From Candidatus Saccharimonadales bacterium (GTDB taxonomy: Bacteria; Patescibacteriota; Microgenomatia; Levybacterales; UBA12049): a stretch of DNA of 64,000 nucleotides. The notes below the pieces were generated by a model. It did not search any database. It was not told the origin of the DNA and worked only from the letters and a program-made list of their open reading frames with translations. The stretch lies in assembly GCA_035478335.1 (NCBI GenBank), contig DATIJS010000057.1, positions 8,143 through 72,142 of the forward strand, given 5' to 3'. Below, piece by piece: positions 37,235 through 45,249 of the stretch; the stretch's first letter is position 1, and each line of letters starts with the position of its first letter. A program made the translations under genes and the position numbers.

Positions 37235-38137
37235 TCACAAGTCCTGATTTACTATTTTTTCTCTTTCCGCTTCTATTTCCTCAAGTGCCACTTTAACTTG
37301 CTCGTCTTTTGGAGGTGCGCCATCAACATCTTTGAGCCCCGGTGGCATTCCGTGCCATTTGTAATTTCCTTCCATGTAGCTAACACCTTTCCCCGGAACA
37401 GTATGGGCAATGATTATTACAGGTTTGTCTTTTACATTTTGTGCCTCCTGCACAGCTTCAACAAATGCCTTGATGTCGTTTCCATCAACATCAATCACAT
37501 GCCAGTTGAATGCTTCATATTTTGCGCGAAACGGCTCAAGCGGCATGATGTCTGAAATATTCCCGTCAATCTGTATGTTGTTGAAATCAATAACCTGAAT
37601 CAGATTGTTGAGTTTTAATTTGGCTGCAAACATAACAGCCTCCCAGATATTTCCCTCTTGGTGTTCGCCATCGGATGTCAGACAATAGACTTTATAATCT
37701 TTCTTATCAAGTCTTCCGGCTAGCGCAATGCCTGCAGCTTGTGAAATTCCCTCACCAAGAGGCCCTGATGTATTCTCAACTCCGGGAAGCGCAGTTCTAT
37801 GAGGATGACCCTGAAGACGTGTGCCGATTTTCCTTAATGTTTTTAATTCCTCAATTGGGAAATATCCGGCTTGGCTCATACTGGCGTAACGGATAGGGCA
37901 GATGTGGCCGTTTGAAAGGATAAGGCGGTCACGGTCTTCCCAGTCAGGATTCTTGGGGTCGTGACGCAGTATGTGGAAATACATTGCTGTAAAGATATCT
38001 GCCATGCCGAGTGGCCCTCCTGTGTGACCGGCACCAGAGTTCTTGCATGCAGCATCAAGCTCCTCGATTAGCAGTTTTCTGACCTCATTGGCTTTAAGCT
38101 TGAGGTCTTTTAGTTTTTCGTTTGTAAGTTGGTTCAT
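37235..38137 (-). CDS. transketolase, N-terminal (TPP-binding) subunit
   Basis: GHTGGPLGMADI, the TPP-binding SDGEHQEGNIWEA and a GDG-like motif. Confidence 0.9.
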   Translation of the reverse strand: MNQLTNEKLKDLKLKANEVRKLLIEELDAACKNSGAGHTGGPLGMADIFTAMYFHILRHDPKNPDWEDRDRLILSNGHICPIRYASMSQAGYFPIEELKTLRKIGTRLQGHPHRTALPGVENTSGPLGEGISQAAGIALAGRLDKKDYKVYCLTSDGEHQEGNIWEAVMFAAKLKLNNLIQVIDFNNIQIDGNISDIMPLEPFRAKYEAFNWHVIDVDGNDIKAFVEAVQEAQNVKDKPVIIIAHTVPGKGVSYMEGNYKWHGMPPGLKDVDGAPPKDEQVKVALEEIEAEREKIVNQDL

Positions 38138-38163
38138 AAGCGTAAAGCGTTAAGGGTAAAGCG
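38138..38163. repeat. left inverted-repeat arm flanking the four-helix-bundle gene (units GTAAAGCGTTAAG x2)
   Basis: AGCGTAAAGCGTTAAGGGTAAAGCGTTAAGCC. Its units are the reverse complement of units in the right arm (38521-38546) and of the hairpin at 18588-18665. Confidence 0.5.
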
Positions 38164-38520
38164 TTAAGCCATCTTGTTAATCATAACAAATAACATTTTC
38201 ATTATCTCATTTAATAGCGATTCTGCTTCCGTAAAGTCAATATGTTTAAATTTTGAAATAGAATTACAAACCAAAATCTGAGTTTCTAGTTCTGCTGCTG
38301 AACCTAAGGCAATTGAAAGAAATTGAATGTATTCTTTTCTGTGTCTCCTTAGATATCCTTCAGCAATATTGCTTGGGATTGAGACAGCTGCTCGTTCAAT
38401 TTGAGATCGTAACCCATATAATTCGTCCTTTGGGAATTTTTCTGTTAGTAAATAAATTAATTTGACAAGCTCCATTGATTTTTGCCAAACAATTAATTCT
38501 TTGTAAGATTTAACTAACAT
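38164..38520 (-). CDS. four-helix-bundle protein of the 23S rRNA intervening-sequence protein family
   Basis: ELIVWQKSMELV…FPKDELYGLRSQIERAAVSIPSNIAEGY…RKEYIQFLSIALGSAAELETQ matches this family along its whole length (~118 aa). Confidence 0.85.
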   Translation of the reverse strand: MLVKSYKELIVWQKSMELVKLIYLLTEKFPKDELYGLRSQIERAAVSIPSNIAEGYLRRHRKEYIQFLSIALGSAAELETQILVCNSISKFKHIDFTEAESLLNEIMKMLFVMINKMA

Positions 38521-38546
38521 ACGCCTTTCCCCTTGACGCTTTCCCC
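38521..38546. repeat. right inverted-repeat arm flanking the four-helix-bundle gene
   Basis: ACGCCTTTCCCCTTGACGCTTTCCCCTTAACCCTTAAG. Its reverse complement contains GGGGAAAGCGTCAAGG, matching left-arm units. Confidence 0.5.
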
Positions 38547-39824
38547 TTAACCCTTAAGTACTATAAATAAATCCGAAATATTTGACTCCAGCTTGCCTGT
38601 GAGTATCCCATCTCCGATTTTTTCCCAGAACCCGTAACTATTATCATCCGATAAAAATTCATTGACGTCAATACCTTGATCATTTATTTTTTTCAAAGTA
38701 TCAGAGTCTGCAAGTGCTCCTGCCAACTCATAAAAATCCCACCCATCCGATCCGACACTTGCAAGTACAGTTTGATCTTTTATAAACGGCAAAGCGCAAA
38801 GAACCAATGCTTGATTGCGGCCTCCTTTGCCGCTCCCTGTTATCTTGATTGTTGACTCACCACCAGCCAAAAGTATTTGCCCTTGAGGTGTTTGATCAAT
38901 TAATTTCTCTCCAAGAGTTCGTGCATCACCTTGCAATGCATCAGTCAGGACGAAGGCGTTTTTACCGAGTTCGCGTGATTTTTTCTCCATTGCGTTGAGA
39001 GCTGTATGATTACTCAGCATCAGTATATTATGAACCCGCTCAAAATACTTGTCTTCTTTCGGGGTTTCTGTAAAGTCTTCAAGAGTCAGGGGGAGGGTTT
39101 GTTTCATATTATATTTTTCATAAATTCCCCATGCATATTCTATAGATGTCGGGTCTTTAACAAGAGGCGCAGATGCTATAACTGATAAATCATTCCCGGG
39201 AACATCCGAGAAGATCAAATTTACAACAGTAGATGGAAATAGAATTTTTGCCAGTCCGCCGCCCTTAACTCTTGATAAATGTTTGCGGATTGAATTAATC
39301 TCAGAGATTGTGGCGCCGGATTTGAGAAGAGTTTTATTGACTTCGATCATTTTATTGATGTCAAATGTATTTGGTTTTTCAAACAGTACTGATCCGCCGC
39401 CGCAAGTTGTGATAATAACCAGATCTTTTTCATTTAAATTTGATAAATTGTTAATTACAGTTTCTGTGAAGTCGAAATTTGTCTGAGAGGGAAGAGGATG
39501 TGTTCCAAGAGTTGGTTTGATTTTGGTAAATTTTTGCTCTACAACATCAATAACATACCCATCAGTAATTAAGTTTCCCATTTTCTCCTCCAAAATTTTA
39601 CACATCAGAGCTGATCCTTTTCCGAATCCTACTATAAATATACGGTCAAAATTGGCCAGATTAAAGGTTTTATCCTGGATTTTTAGAACTTTTTCGTTTA
39701 AGGAAAAATGATTTTTGAACACTTCTTCAGGTTGAATAGAGGCAAATGCAGATTCGATCAGCTGAAGCACAATCTTGCGGTTTTCGTTTGTCGCAAGCGA
39801 ATCGTAATTTTTTATGTAGGGCAT
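38547..39824 (-). CDS. glycerate kinase (MOFRL / glycerate 2-kinase family)
   Basis: N-terminal DUF4147-like Rossmann domain (…IVGFGKGS…), a C-terminal MOFRL region (…LLAGGESTIKITGSGKGGRNQ…) and ~425-aa length. Confidence 0.8.
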   Translation of the reverse strand: MPYIKNYDSLATNENRKIVLQLIESAFASIQPEEVFKNHFSLNEKVLKIQDKTFNLANFDRIFIVGFGKGSALMCKILEEKMGNLITDGYVIDVVEQKFTKIKPTLGTHPLPSQTNFDFTETVINNLSNLNEKDLVIITTCGGGSVLFEKPNTFDINKMIEVNKTLLKSGATISEINSIRKHLSRVKGGGLAKILFPSTVVNLIFSDVPGNDLSVIASAPLVKDPTSIEYAWGIYEKYNMKQTLPLTLEDFTETPKEDKYFERVHNILMLSNHTALNAMEKKSRELGKNAFVLTDALQGDARTLGEKLIDQTPQGQILLAGGESTIKITGSGKGGRNQALVLCALPFIKDQTVLASVGSDGWDFYELAGALADSDTLKKINDQGIDVNEFLSDDNSYGFWEKIGDGILTGKLESNISDLFIVLKG

Positions 39825-40066
39825 AGGACAGTATAATTAGTGTAACAGATAATAAACAAGTTTCCTACATCCAAATAGAGAAATAATCTTCCCATTATGT
39901 CCTGACTCAAGAATTGCTGACATTAAATTAGTATATAATGGTATATTTTTATCTATTTAGCTTCATTTTGGCCACTTGACACTACATCTAGCGGGTGTAC
40001 AATATGGGTGAACTAATCAATCCCTGAATTAGCTCACCGAAATTATCACTAAGCAAGGAGGCAGGC

Positions 40067-40669
40067 ATGATAGACGAAATGATAATTAAAGGGGATTGGA
40101 GCAATTTTCTTAATCTTGAAAAAGAAGAGCTACTACTTGTAAAACGAAGGCATTACTACGTTCTGATATTCCCTATTTTTCTGTCAATCTTCGTATTATC
40201 GATCTTCAATGTTGCTTTATTCGTTGTTTTTGTCCGTATGATGAATTCATTTCCGCTTTTTATAGTCACCTTACTATTGTCCATCAGCATTTTGATAAGC
40301 CTTATCTCATATACCATAGTTAATTGGTATTTTCATCTCTATATTCTTACGAATCGTAAAATACTTGAAGTGTGGTATACGCCACTATCAGCCCATGCTA
40401 TAAATGACATATTTCTTGATTCGGTAAAATGTACAGAAGTTGATACCAATTCTACAGGCTTTATACATGAATTGATGGATATGGGGGATTTGAGGCTTAC
40501 TTTTGACAGGCCCACTCATCAGGAAGAATTTTTACTCAAAGATATTAAAAATTATGATGAAATAGGTAAATTTCTCACCCAAAAACTGATGGATGGGAAT
40601 AAAAGACCTGCCGGAGATACTGTTTGGATCAGAACGAGATCTAGATTTTTACCCAAACCTGTAATATGA
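40067..40669 (+). CDS. hypothetical membrane protein
   Basis: Two TM helices (…YVLIFPIFLSIFVLSIF…, …FIVTLLLSISILISLI…) and a C-terminal soluble part. It overlaps the next ORF by 4 nt (ATGA). Confidence 0.4.
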   Translation: MIDEMIIKGDWSNFLNLEKEELLLVKRRHYYVLIFPIFLSIFVLSIFNVALFVVFVRMMNSFPLFIVTLLLSISILISLISYTIVNWYFHLYILTNRKILEVWYTPLSAHAINDIFLDSVKCTEVDTNSTGFIHELMDMGDLRLTFDRPTHQEEFLLKDIKNYDEIGKFLTQKLMDGNKRPAGDTVWIRTRSRFLPKPVI

Positions 40670-40920
40670 ATTCAGAAATAATTACAAATTTTATTTTGCT
40701 GCATAGCTTTAAATCAGTTGTTTTGATAGTGATTTTAGCGGTAGCCGTTTTGACAGCCAGCTACAATCGGCTATATTTATATCATTCTCTTCACGTGACA
40801 GGCAAACATATGGGAATTAATGCCTCTGTTTTCATAAAAAGATTCATCGAGCTTGGAGTTATAATCGCGATGATAACAGTCCTGGCCGCAGCATTTTTCC
40901 TCGTAACCGGGTGGTATTAG
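40666..40920 (+). CDS. hypothetical small membrane protein
   Basis: 84 aa with two hydrophobic helices, translationally coupled to the upstream ORF. Confidence 0.35.
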   Translation: MNSEIITNFILLHSFKSVVLIVILAVAVLTASYNRLYLYHSLHVTGKHMGINASVFIKRFIELGVIIAMITVLAAAFFLVTGWY

Positions 40921-41012
40921 AATTAAGCAGAAATGGGTTAAAAAAACCTATAGCTTGACAAGTGAAATAATATAGTGTAAAATACTATGAGTCACGTTTG
41001 TGACATGTAATT

Positions 41013-41567
41013 ATGTTAAGTTTACTTGAAATAGGTGGTCTTAATACAGACACTAGAAAAAATTTAGGTGATGGGGATCACGATTCTTATGCCCACAGAC
41101 TTGCTGCTCAAAAGGAAGAAGCTGCCGCGACAGAAAGACAAGCAGCGGAATCGGCTCGCAGTGCACAAGCTGATGCTAAAAGAGCTGATGCTAAACACGC
41201 ATTACGCAGGCAAAGACAAGTTGCTGCGGGGGCTCTATTGACTGTTGTTGGGGGCGCTATAGCATCAGTTGCATTAGGAATTCTTCCACCAAGAGGCAGA
41301 TCAAGCGCTGATTCGACAAGTCCTTCAGCTACACCCGCAAGCGCATTAAATGCTGGGTGTACAGTATTCAGACAAGATTATATATCACCTCGTGCTGATG
41401 GTACAGTAGCAAGCGTTGTGGCAACTGCAACAGGATTAACGGGAAAGGAATTTGTGAAAGCAATTAACTGCACCATTACAGATCCAGCCAATAGAAGGAA
41501 AATAGGTCCAGATAGTAGAGTGACAGGCCCTATAAATGTTGATCGTCCAGCTCCTACTAGAAAATAA
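41013..41567 (+). CDS. hypothetical Ala/Arg-rich membrane protein in a compositionally atypical (~50% GC) segment
   Basis: Clean 184-aa ORF with one TM helix (AAGALLTVVGGAIASVALGIL). Codon usage is GC-rich and unlike its neighbours. A strong promoter TTGACA-17 nt-TAAAAT and a GTCAC-N6-GTGAC palindrome lie just upstream (40956-41005). Confidence 0.4.
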   Translation: MLSLLEIGGLNTDTRKNLGDGDHDSYAHRLAAQKEEAAATERQAAESARSAQADAKRADAKHALRRQRQVAAGALLTVVGGAIASVALGILPPRGRSSADSTSPSATPASALNAGCTVFRQDYISPRADGTVASVVATATGLTGKEFVKAINCTITDPANRRKIGPDSRVTGPINVDRPAPTRK

Positions 41568-41636
41568 TAGTTAACTGAACCTCAGTATAAATATTATCTT
41601 TAACGTTACACTTTTTATTCCTGCTATAATTATTAA

Positions 41637-43034
41637 GTGACTGCAGTCAATAATAAAACAAAAATCGTCGGTACTTTGGTGCCGATTTCTGCGTTAAGAA
41701 GCAATCAGCAATCTGAAAAAGATTGGGGGACTTTTGAGACAGGTTTGTATTTTCTCGACTGGCTACATAAGACAAATCAATCCGCTTGGCAATTATTGCC
41801 GCTTCACGAGACACAACTTGAGAAAGACTCAGCTACTATTCACGTTCCCTCTCCATATAAAGGGTATGGGATAGGACTGGACCCGGAGTATTTATCTCAA
41901 AAATCAAAAATCAAAAATCAAAAATCAAAAGAAATTGATATATTTATTCGTCAGAACAAGGATTGGATTGAGGATTATGCGTTTTTTTGTGCTCTGCGCG
42001 ATCATTTTGGGACTGATAATTGGGTTCTCTGGGAGTCCGGTTTGAGAAAAAGGGATCAAGCGGCGCTTACAAAATGGAGAATAAAACTGGAAAAAGAAAT
42101 AAATAATCATATTTTTACACAGTGGCAGCTACACGAATCTTACAAAGAATTAAGAGCAAAAGCACACAAGTTCGGTATTGCACTGATGGGGGATTTACCA
42201 TTTTATTTATCAGTAAATAGTCCTCTTGTCTGGGCCCATCAGGAACTATTTCAGATCCCGAAAAGCGGTAAGTTGAGGTTTGTTTCAGGCTGTCCGGATA
42301 CTCCGGCTGCTCATTTTGGGCGTCAAGTCTGGGGGCATCCTCTTTATAATTGGGATTCTGAGCATAGATCAGATCTGATTTCATTCTGGAAGTTGAGACT
42401 TGGTTATCTCTCTAAGCTTTATGATTCTGTCAGGTTTGATCATGCAAAAGCTTTATTTGAGTACGGCAAAATTGATTTGAAGAATAAGTATCAGGATAAA
42501 TATGTAAAAGGTCCGGGGCAGAGTGTTTTTGAAGAATTGATGATTTTTGGCAAAAAATCAGGACTTTCTATGTATGCAGAAGACAGCGGTGAGAATCTGA
42601 AGATGCTTAGAATATATCTTAAAAAATTCAAAACACCAGGGATTAAGATTTTCCGTTTTGCGCTTAATGAGAAGAAAAAGAAATTAAATAAAGAGTATGC
42701 ATTGCTATCTAATTATCCTCAAAATACAGTTGCATACACCACAACTCACGACACCGAACCTCTTCTTGGGTACCTAAATCGTTTAACTGTCTCAGAGAAA
42801 AAACTGCTTTCATTAACAACCGGTGTTAAGTATTCGAGGGATGACAAAGAGTTTGCGCAAGCAATAATAAAAGCTGTTATAGCCTCTCCTGCACATATTG
42901 TAATCGTTCAGCTTCAGGATTGGATTTTGACAACTGATAGGATCAATATTCCCGGAACGGAAAAAGAAGTAGGGGATCTTAATTGGAGATATAAATTGAA
43001 AATTCCGATTGAAGAACTGCCAGATAGTATTTGA
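41637..43034 (+). CDS. malQ: 4-alpha-glucanotransferase (amylomaltase, GH77)
   Basis: GH77 signature blocks …SPYKGYGIG…, …FGIALMGDLPFYLS…, …VWGHPLYNWD…. It contains an in-frame (TCAAAAA)x4-5 repeat at 41897-41931. Confidence 0.85.
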   Translation: MTAVNNKTKIVGTLVPISALRSNQQSEKDWGTFETGLYFLDWLHKTNQSAWQLLPLHETQLEKDSATIHVPSPYKGYGIGLDPEYLSQKSKIKNQKSKEIDIFIRQNKDWIEDYAFFCALRDHFGTDNWVLWESGLRKRDQAALTKWRIKLEKEINNHIFTQWQLHESYKELRAKAHKFGIALMGDLPFYLSVNSPLVWAHQELFQIPKSGKLRFVSGCPDTPAAHFGRQVWGHPLYNWDSEHRSDLISFWKLRLGYLSKLYDSVRFDHAKALFEYGKIDLKNKYQDKYVKGPGQSVFEELMIFGKKSGLSMYAEDSGENLKMLRIYLKKFKTPGIKIFRFALNEKKKKLNKEYALLSNYPQNTVAYTTTHDTEPLLGYLNRLTVSEKKLLSLTTGVKYSRDDKEFAQAIIKAVIASPAHIVIVQLQDWILTTDRINIPGTEKEVGDLNWRYKLKIPIEELPDSI

Positions 43035-44219
43035 TTATTTACCAGGCCTTTTTAGTGGAAGCCTCATATTAAATTTAGATCCTCGGCCCGAATTGCTGGA
43101 TACACTCACTGTTCCTCCATGGGCTAGTACAATTTTTTGGGTTATATACAGTCCAACACCCAATCCTTTGTAATCTTCAACGCTTACAGCACGTTGAAAA
43201 AGTTCAAAAATTTCCTTTTGTTTTGATTTGGAAATTCCGATTCCATTGTCTTTTATAATAAATTCTGCAAATCGATTGTCTTTTTTAACTGTTATTTCTA
43301 TCGGTTTATTTAGTCCGTATTTAATAGCATTTGAAATAAAGTTGGAAATAGCTTGCTCAATCCTGATTTTGTCCCAATTTCCGATTACTTTTTCTTCAAT
43401 ATCAATAATTACTTTGATATTTTCTTTATCAAGCCTAGCCTGAAAATCGGTCAGAACTCCTTTTACCAATTTGTCTAAATCAATCTCTTCATATTCAAGA
43501 TTCAGATTCCCAATAGTTATTATCGAGACAGAAAGAAGATCATTAATCATTTTCGAAAGTCTTTTCGTTTGATTTTCAACGCTTTCAAGCATGTTTAGTA
43601 ATTTTTCAAATGAGAAATGCGCAACCGAGACATTTCTGATATTGTGAAGTGCTGTCTGAGTCTGAAGAAGCATTGAAGTAAGCGGTGTCTTGAGTTCGTG
43701 GGACGCAACAGATAAAAATTCATCGCGTGAGCGTATTTCTTTTTGGTATTTTTTAGTTTGTTCTTCTAGTTCAAAAATTCTGTTCGTTTGCTCCCGCTCG
43801 CGTTTTTTGTATTCTCCGATTCTTGCACGTTGCTGGAGGAGATGTATTAAATAGCTCAGGAATGATCCCTCAGTCGCAAATAATACAAACATAATGGCAT
43901 GTTCTATATCAAAATAAAAATTGATACTATTTGATTGAAGGGGATAAAAGTTCATCAGAATTGCTGACGTGATGCTTGTTAGAATTCCTGCTCCCAATCC
44001 TCCATTCCAGGTGCTGCCTAGTATTAGGGGAATAAAAATCAGAGCCGGCATTTTGCTGATTGGAGCGTCGATAAGCAATATCGTCAGAATTCCAATTATG
44101 GAAAAGAGTATTGCCAGAATATGATCGAGGATTTTGTGGAGAAGTGTTTTTTTTAACTTTATTGTTTCGCCCCGTTGTAGACTAAATGATTTCATGATCT
44201 GCACAACATTATAGATCAA
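43035..44219 (-). CDS. sensor histidine kinase with N-terminal multi-TM sensor domain
   Basis: N-terminal multi-pass membrane region, a HisKA block FLSVASHELKTPLTS and a HATPase_c domain (…DNGIGI…GLGVGLYI…). Confidence 0.85.
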   Translation of the reverse strand: MIYNVVQIMKSFSLQRGETIKLKKTLLHKILDHILAILFSIIGILTILLIDAPISKMPALIFIPLILGSTWNGGLGAGILTSITSAILMNFYPLQSNSINFYFDIEHAIMFVLFATEGSFLSYLIHLLQQRARIGEYKKREREQTNRIFELEEQTKKYQKEIRSRDEFLSVASHELKTPLTSMLLQTQTALHNIRNVSVAHFSFEKLLNMLESVENQTKRLSKMINDLLSVSIITIGNLNLEYEEIDLDKLVKGVLTDFQARLDKENIKVIIDIEEKVIGNWDKIRIEQAISNFISNAIKYGLNKPIEITVKKDNRFAEFIIKDNGIGISKSKQKEIFELFQRAVSVEDYKGLGVGLYITQKIVLAHGGTVSVSSNSGRGSKFNMRLPLKRPGK

Positions 44220-44262
44220 ATTTATAGCAAAAATATGATAAAGATAGATTTTTGATAAATTC

Positions 44263-44313
44263 TTGCAAAACTCTTACAAAACGGCTTGCAAAAAATTATT
44301 CTCATGGTATACT
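44263..44313 (+). promoter_or_regulatory. response-regulator promoter with three helically phased direct repeats (TTGCAAAA / TTACAAAA / TTGCAAAA) and TGgTATACT extended -10
   Basis: Repeats at ~44263, ~44274 and 44286, about 11-12 nt apart. The last doubles as the -35 (TTGCAA), followed by a 16-nt spacer and TATACT at 44308-44313. The ATG is 10 nt downstream. Confidence 0.4.
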
Positions 44314-44323
44314 TAGCAAATAA

Positions 44324-44986
44324 ATGAATAGAATTCTTATAGCAGAAGATGATTTGACAATCCGCGAAGGCATCCAGAATTTTTTAATTGAAAATAATTT
44401 TCTTGTAGATGCTGTTGGGGACGGTGCAGCTGCCCTTGAGTACGTCAGGAAAAACATTCCAGATCTGGTTATTCTTGATCTTGGTCTTCCCAAAATTTCA
44501 GGAGAGTCGGTTTGTATTGAGATTAAAAAACAATTTCCGACGCTCCCGGTGATTATTCTGACCGCCAAAAATCAAACTGCTGATATTGTTGATGGTTTTA
44601 AGCTCGGTGCGGATGATTACATAAGTAAGCCTTTCGAGCTTGACGTGCTTATGGCGAGAATTGGAGTAAGGCTTAAAAAAGAAACAAATGAAAAAATACA
44701 AATTGATGATCTTATGCTTGATCCGCAAGCTGTAAGAGTTACCAGGAATGGAGTAGATATACAACTCACTCCTCATGAATTTAAATTGCTTCATTATCTT
44801 TTGGTAAATAGGGGACGGGTTTTGACACGGGAAATGATTCTCAATAGAGTTTGGAAGTACTCAATGGATGTAGATTCCCGAGTAGTTGATGTTTACATCG
44901 GATATCTTAGAAAAAAAATTGACGGAAAAAGTACTAAAAAACTCATCTCTTCAGTCCGCGGATTTGGCTACTTGATAAAAGAGTAA
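44324..44986 (+). CDS. OmpR-family response regulator (receiver + winged-helix DNA-binding domain)
   Basis: Receiver-domain acidic residues (EDD…D), a K in the …ISKPF… block and a C-terminal trans_reg_C domain (…LTPHEFKLLHYL…VDVYIGYLRKK…). Confidence 0.9.
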   Translation: MNRILIAEDDLTIREGIQNFLIENNFLVDAVGDGAAALEYVRKNIPDLVILDLGLPKISGESVCIEIKKQFPTLPVIILTAKNQTADIVDGFKLGADDYISKPFELDVLMARIGVRLKKETNEKIQIDDLMLDPQAVRVTRNGVDIQLTPHEFKLLHYLLVNRGRVLTREMILNRVWKYSMDVDSRVVDVYIGYLRKKIDGKSTKKLISSVRGFGYLIKE

Positions 44987-45249
44987 ATCTTCTTTCAAAT
45001 TTCTTACCAGCTTTGTAGATAATTCTTAAATTCCGCTGTTAGCATAGCATTTATGTCAAGTTGGGATAAATCAAAATATACAGACAAGCAGAATATACAA
45101 AAAAAGCATATAGAAAAAGGTATGAGAAAAAAGGTGGTTCTGAAAGGGATTCGTAAAAAAGTTTTGGGCTACTGTCAATAAAATATAGGGAGGAGGATAA
45201 ATATCCAATAGATTACCGATTTTAAATATGGTATATTAATATCCACAAA

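Noticed and set aside
41013-41567. GC-rich segment as a fragment of an rRNA gene
   Set aside because: No universally conserved rRNA motifs were seen. The segment has a single uninterrupted ORF with periodic codon structure and amino-acid repeats (AKRADAKRAD).
41880-41935. The A-rich tandem repeats (here and at 10650-10700) as a CRISPR array
   Set aside because: Units are 7-10 nt with no spacers of unique sequence and no cas genes. This is far below CRISPR repeat/spacer dimensions.
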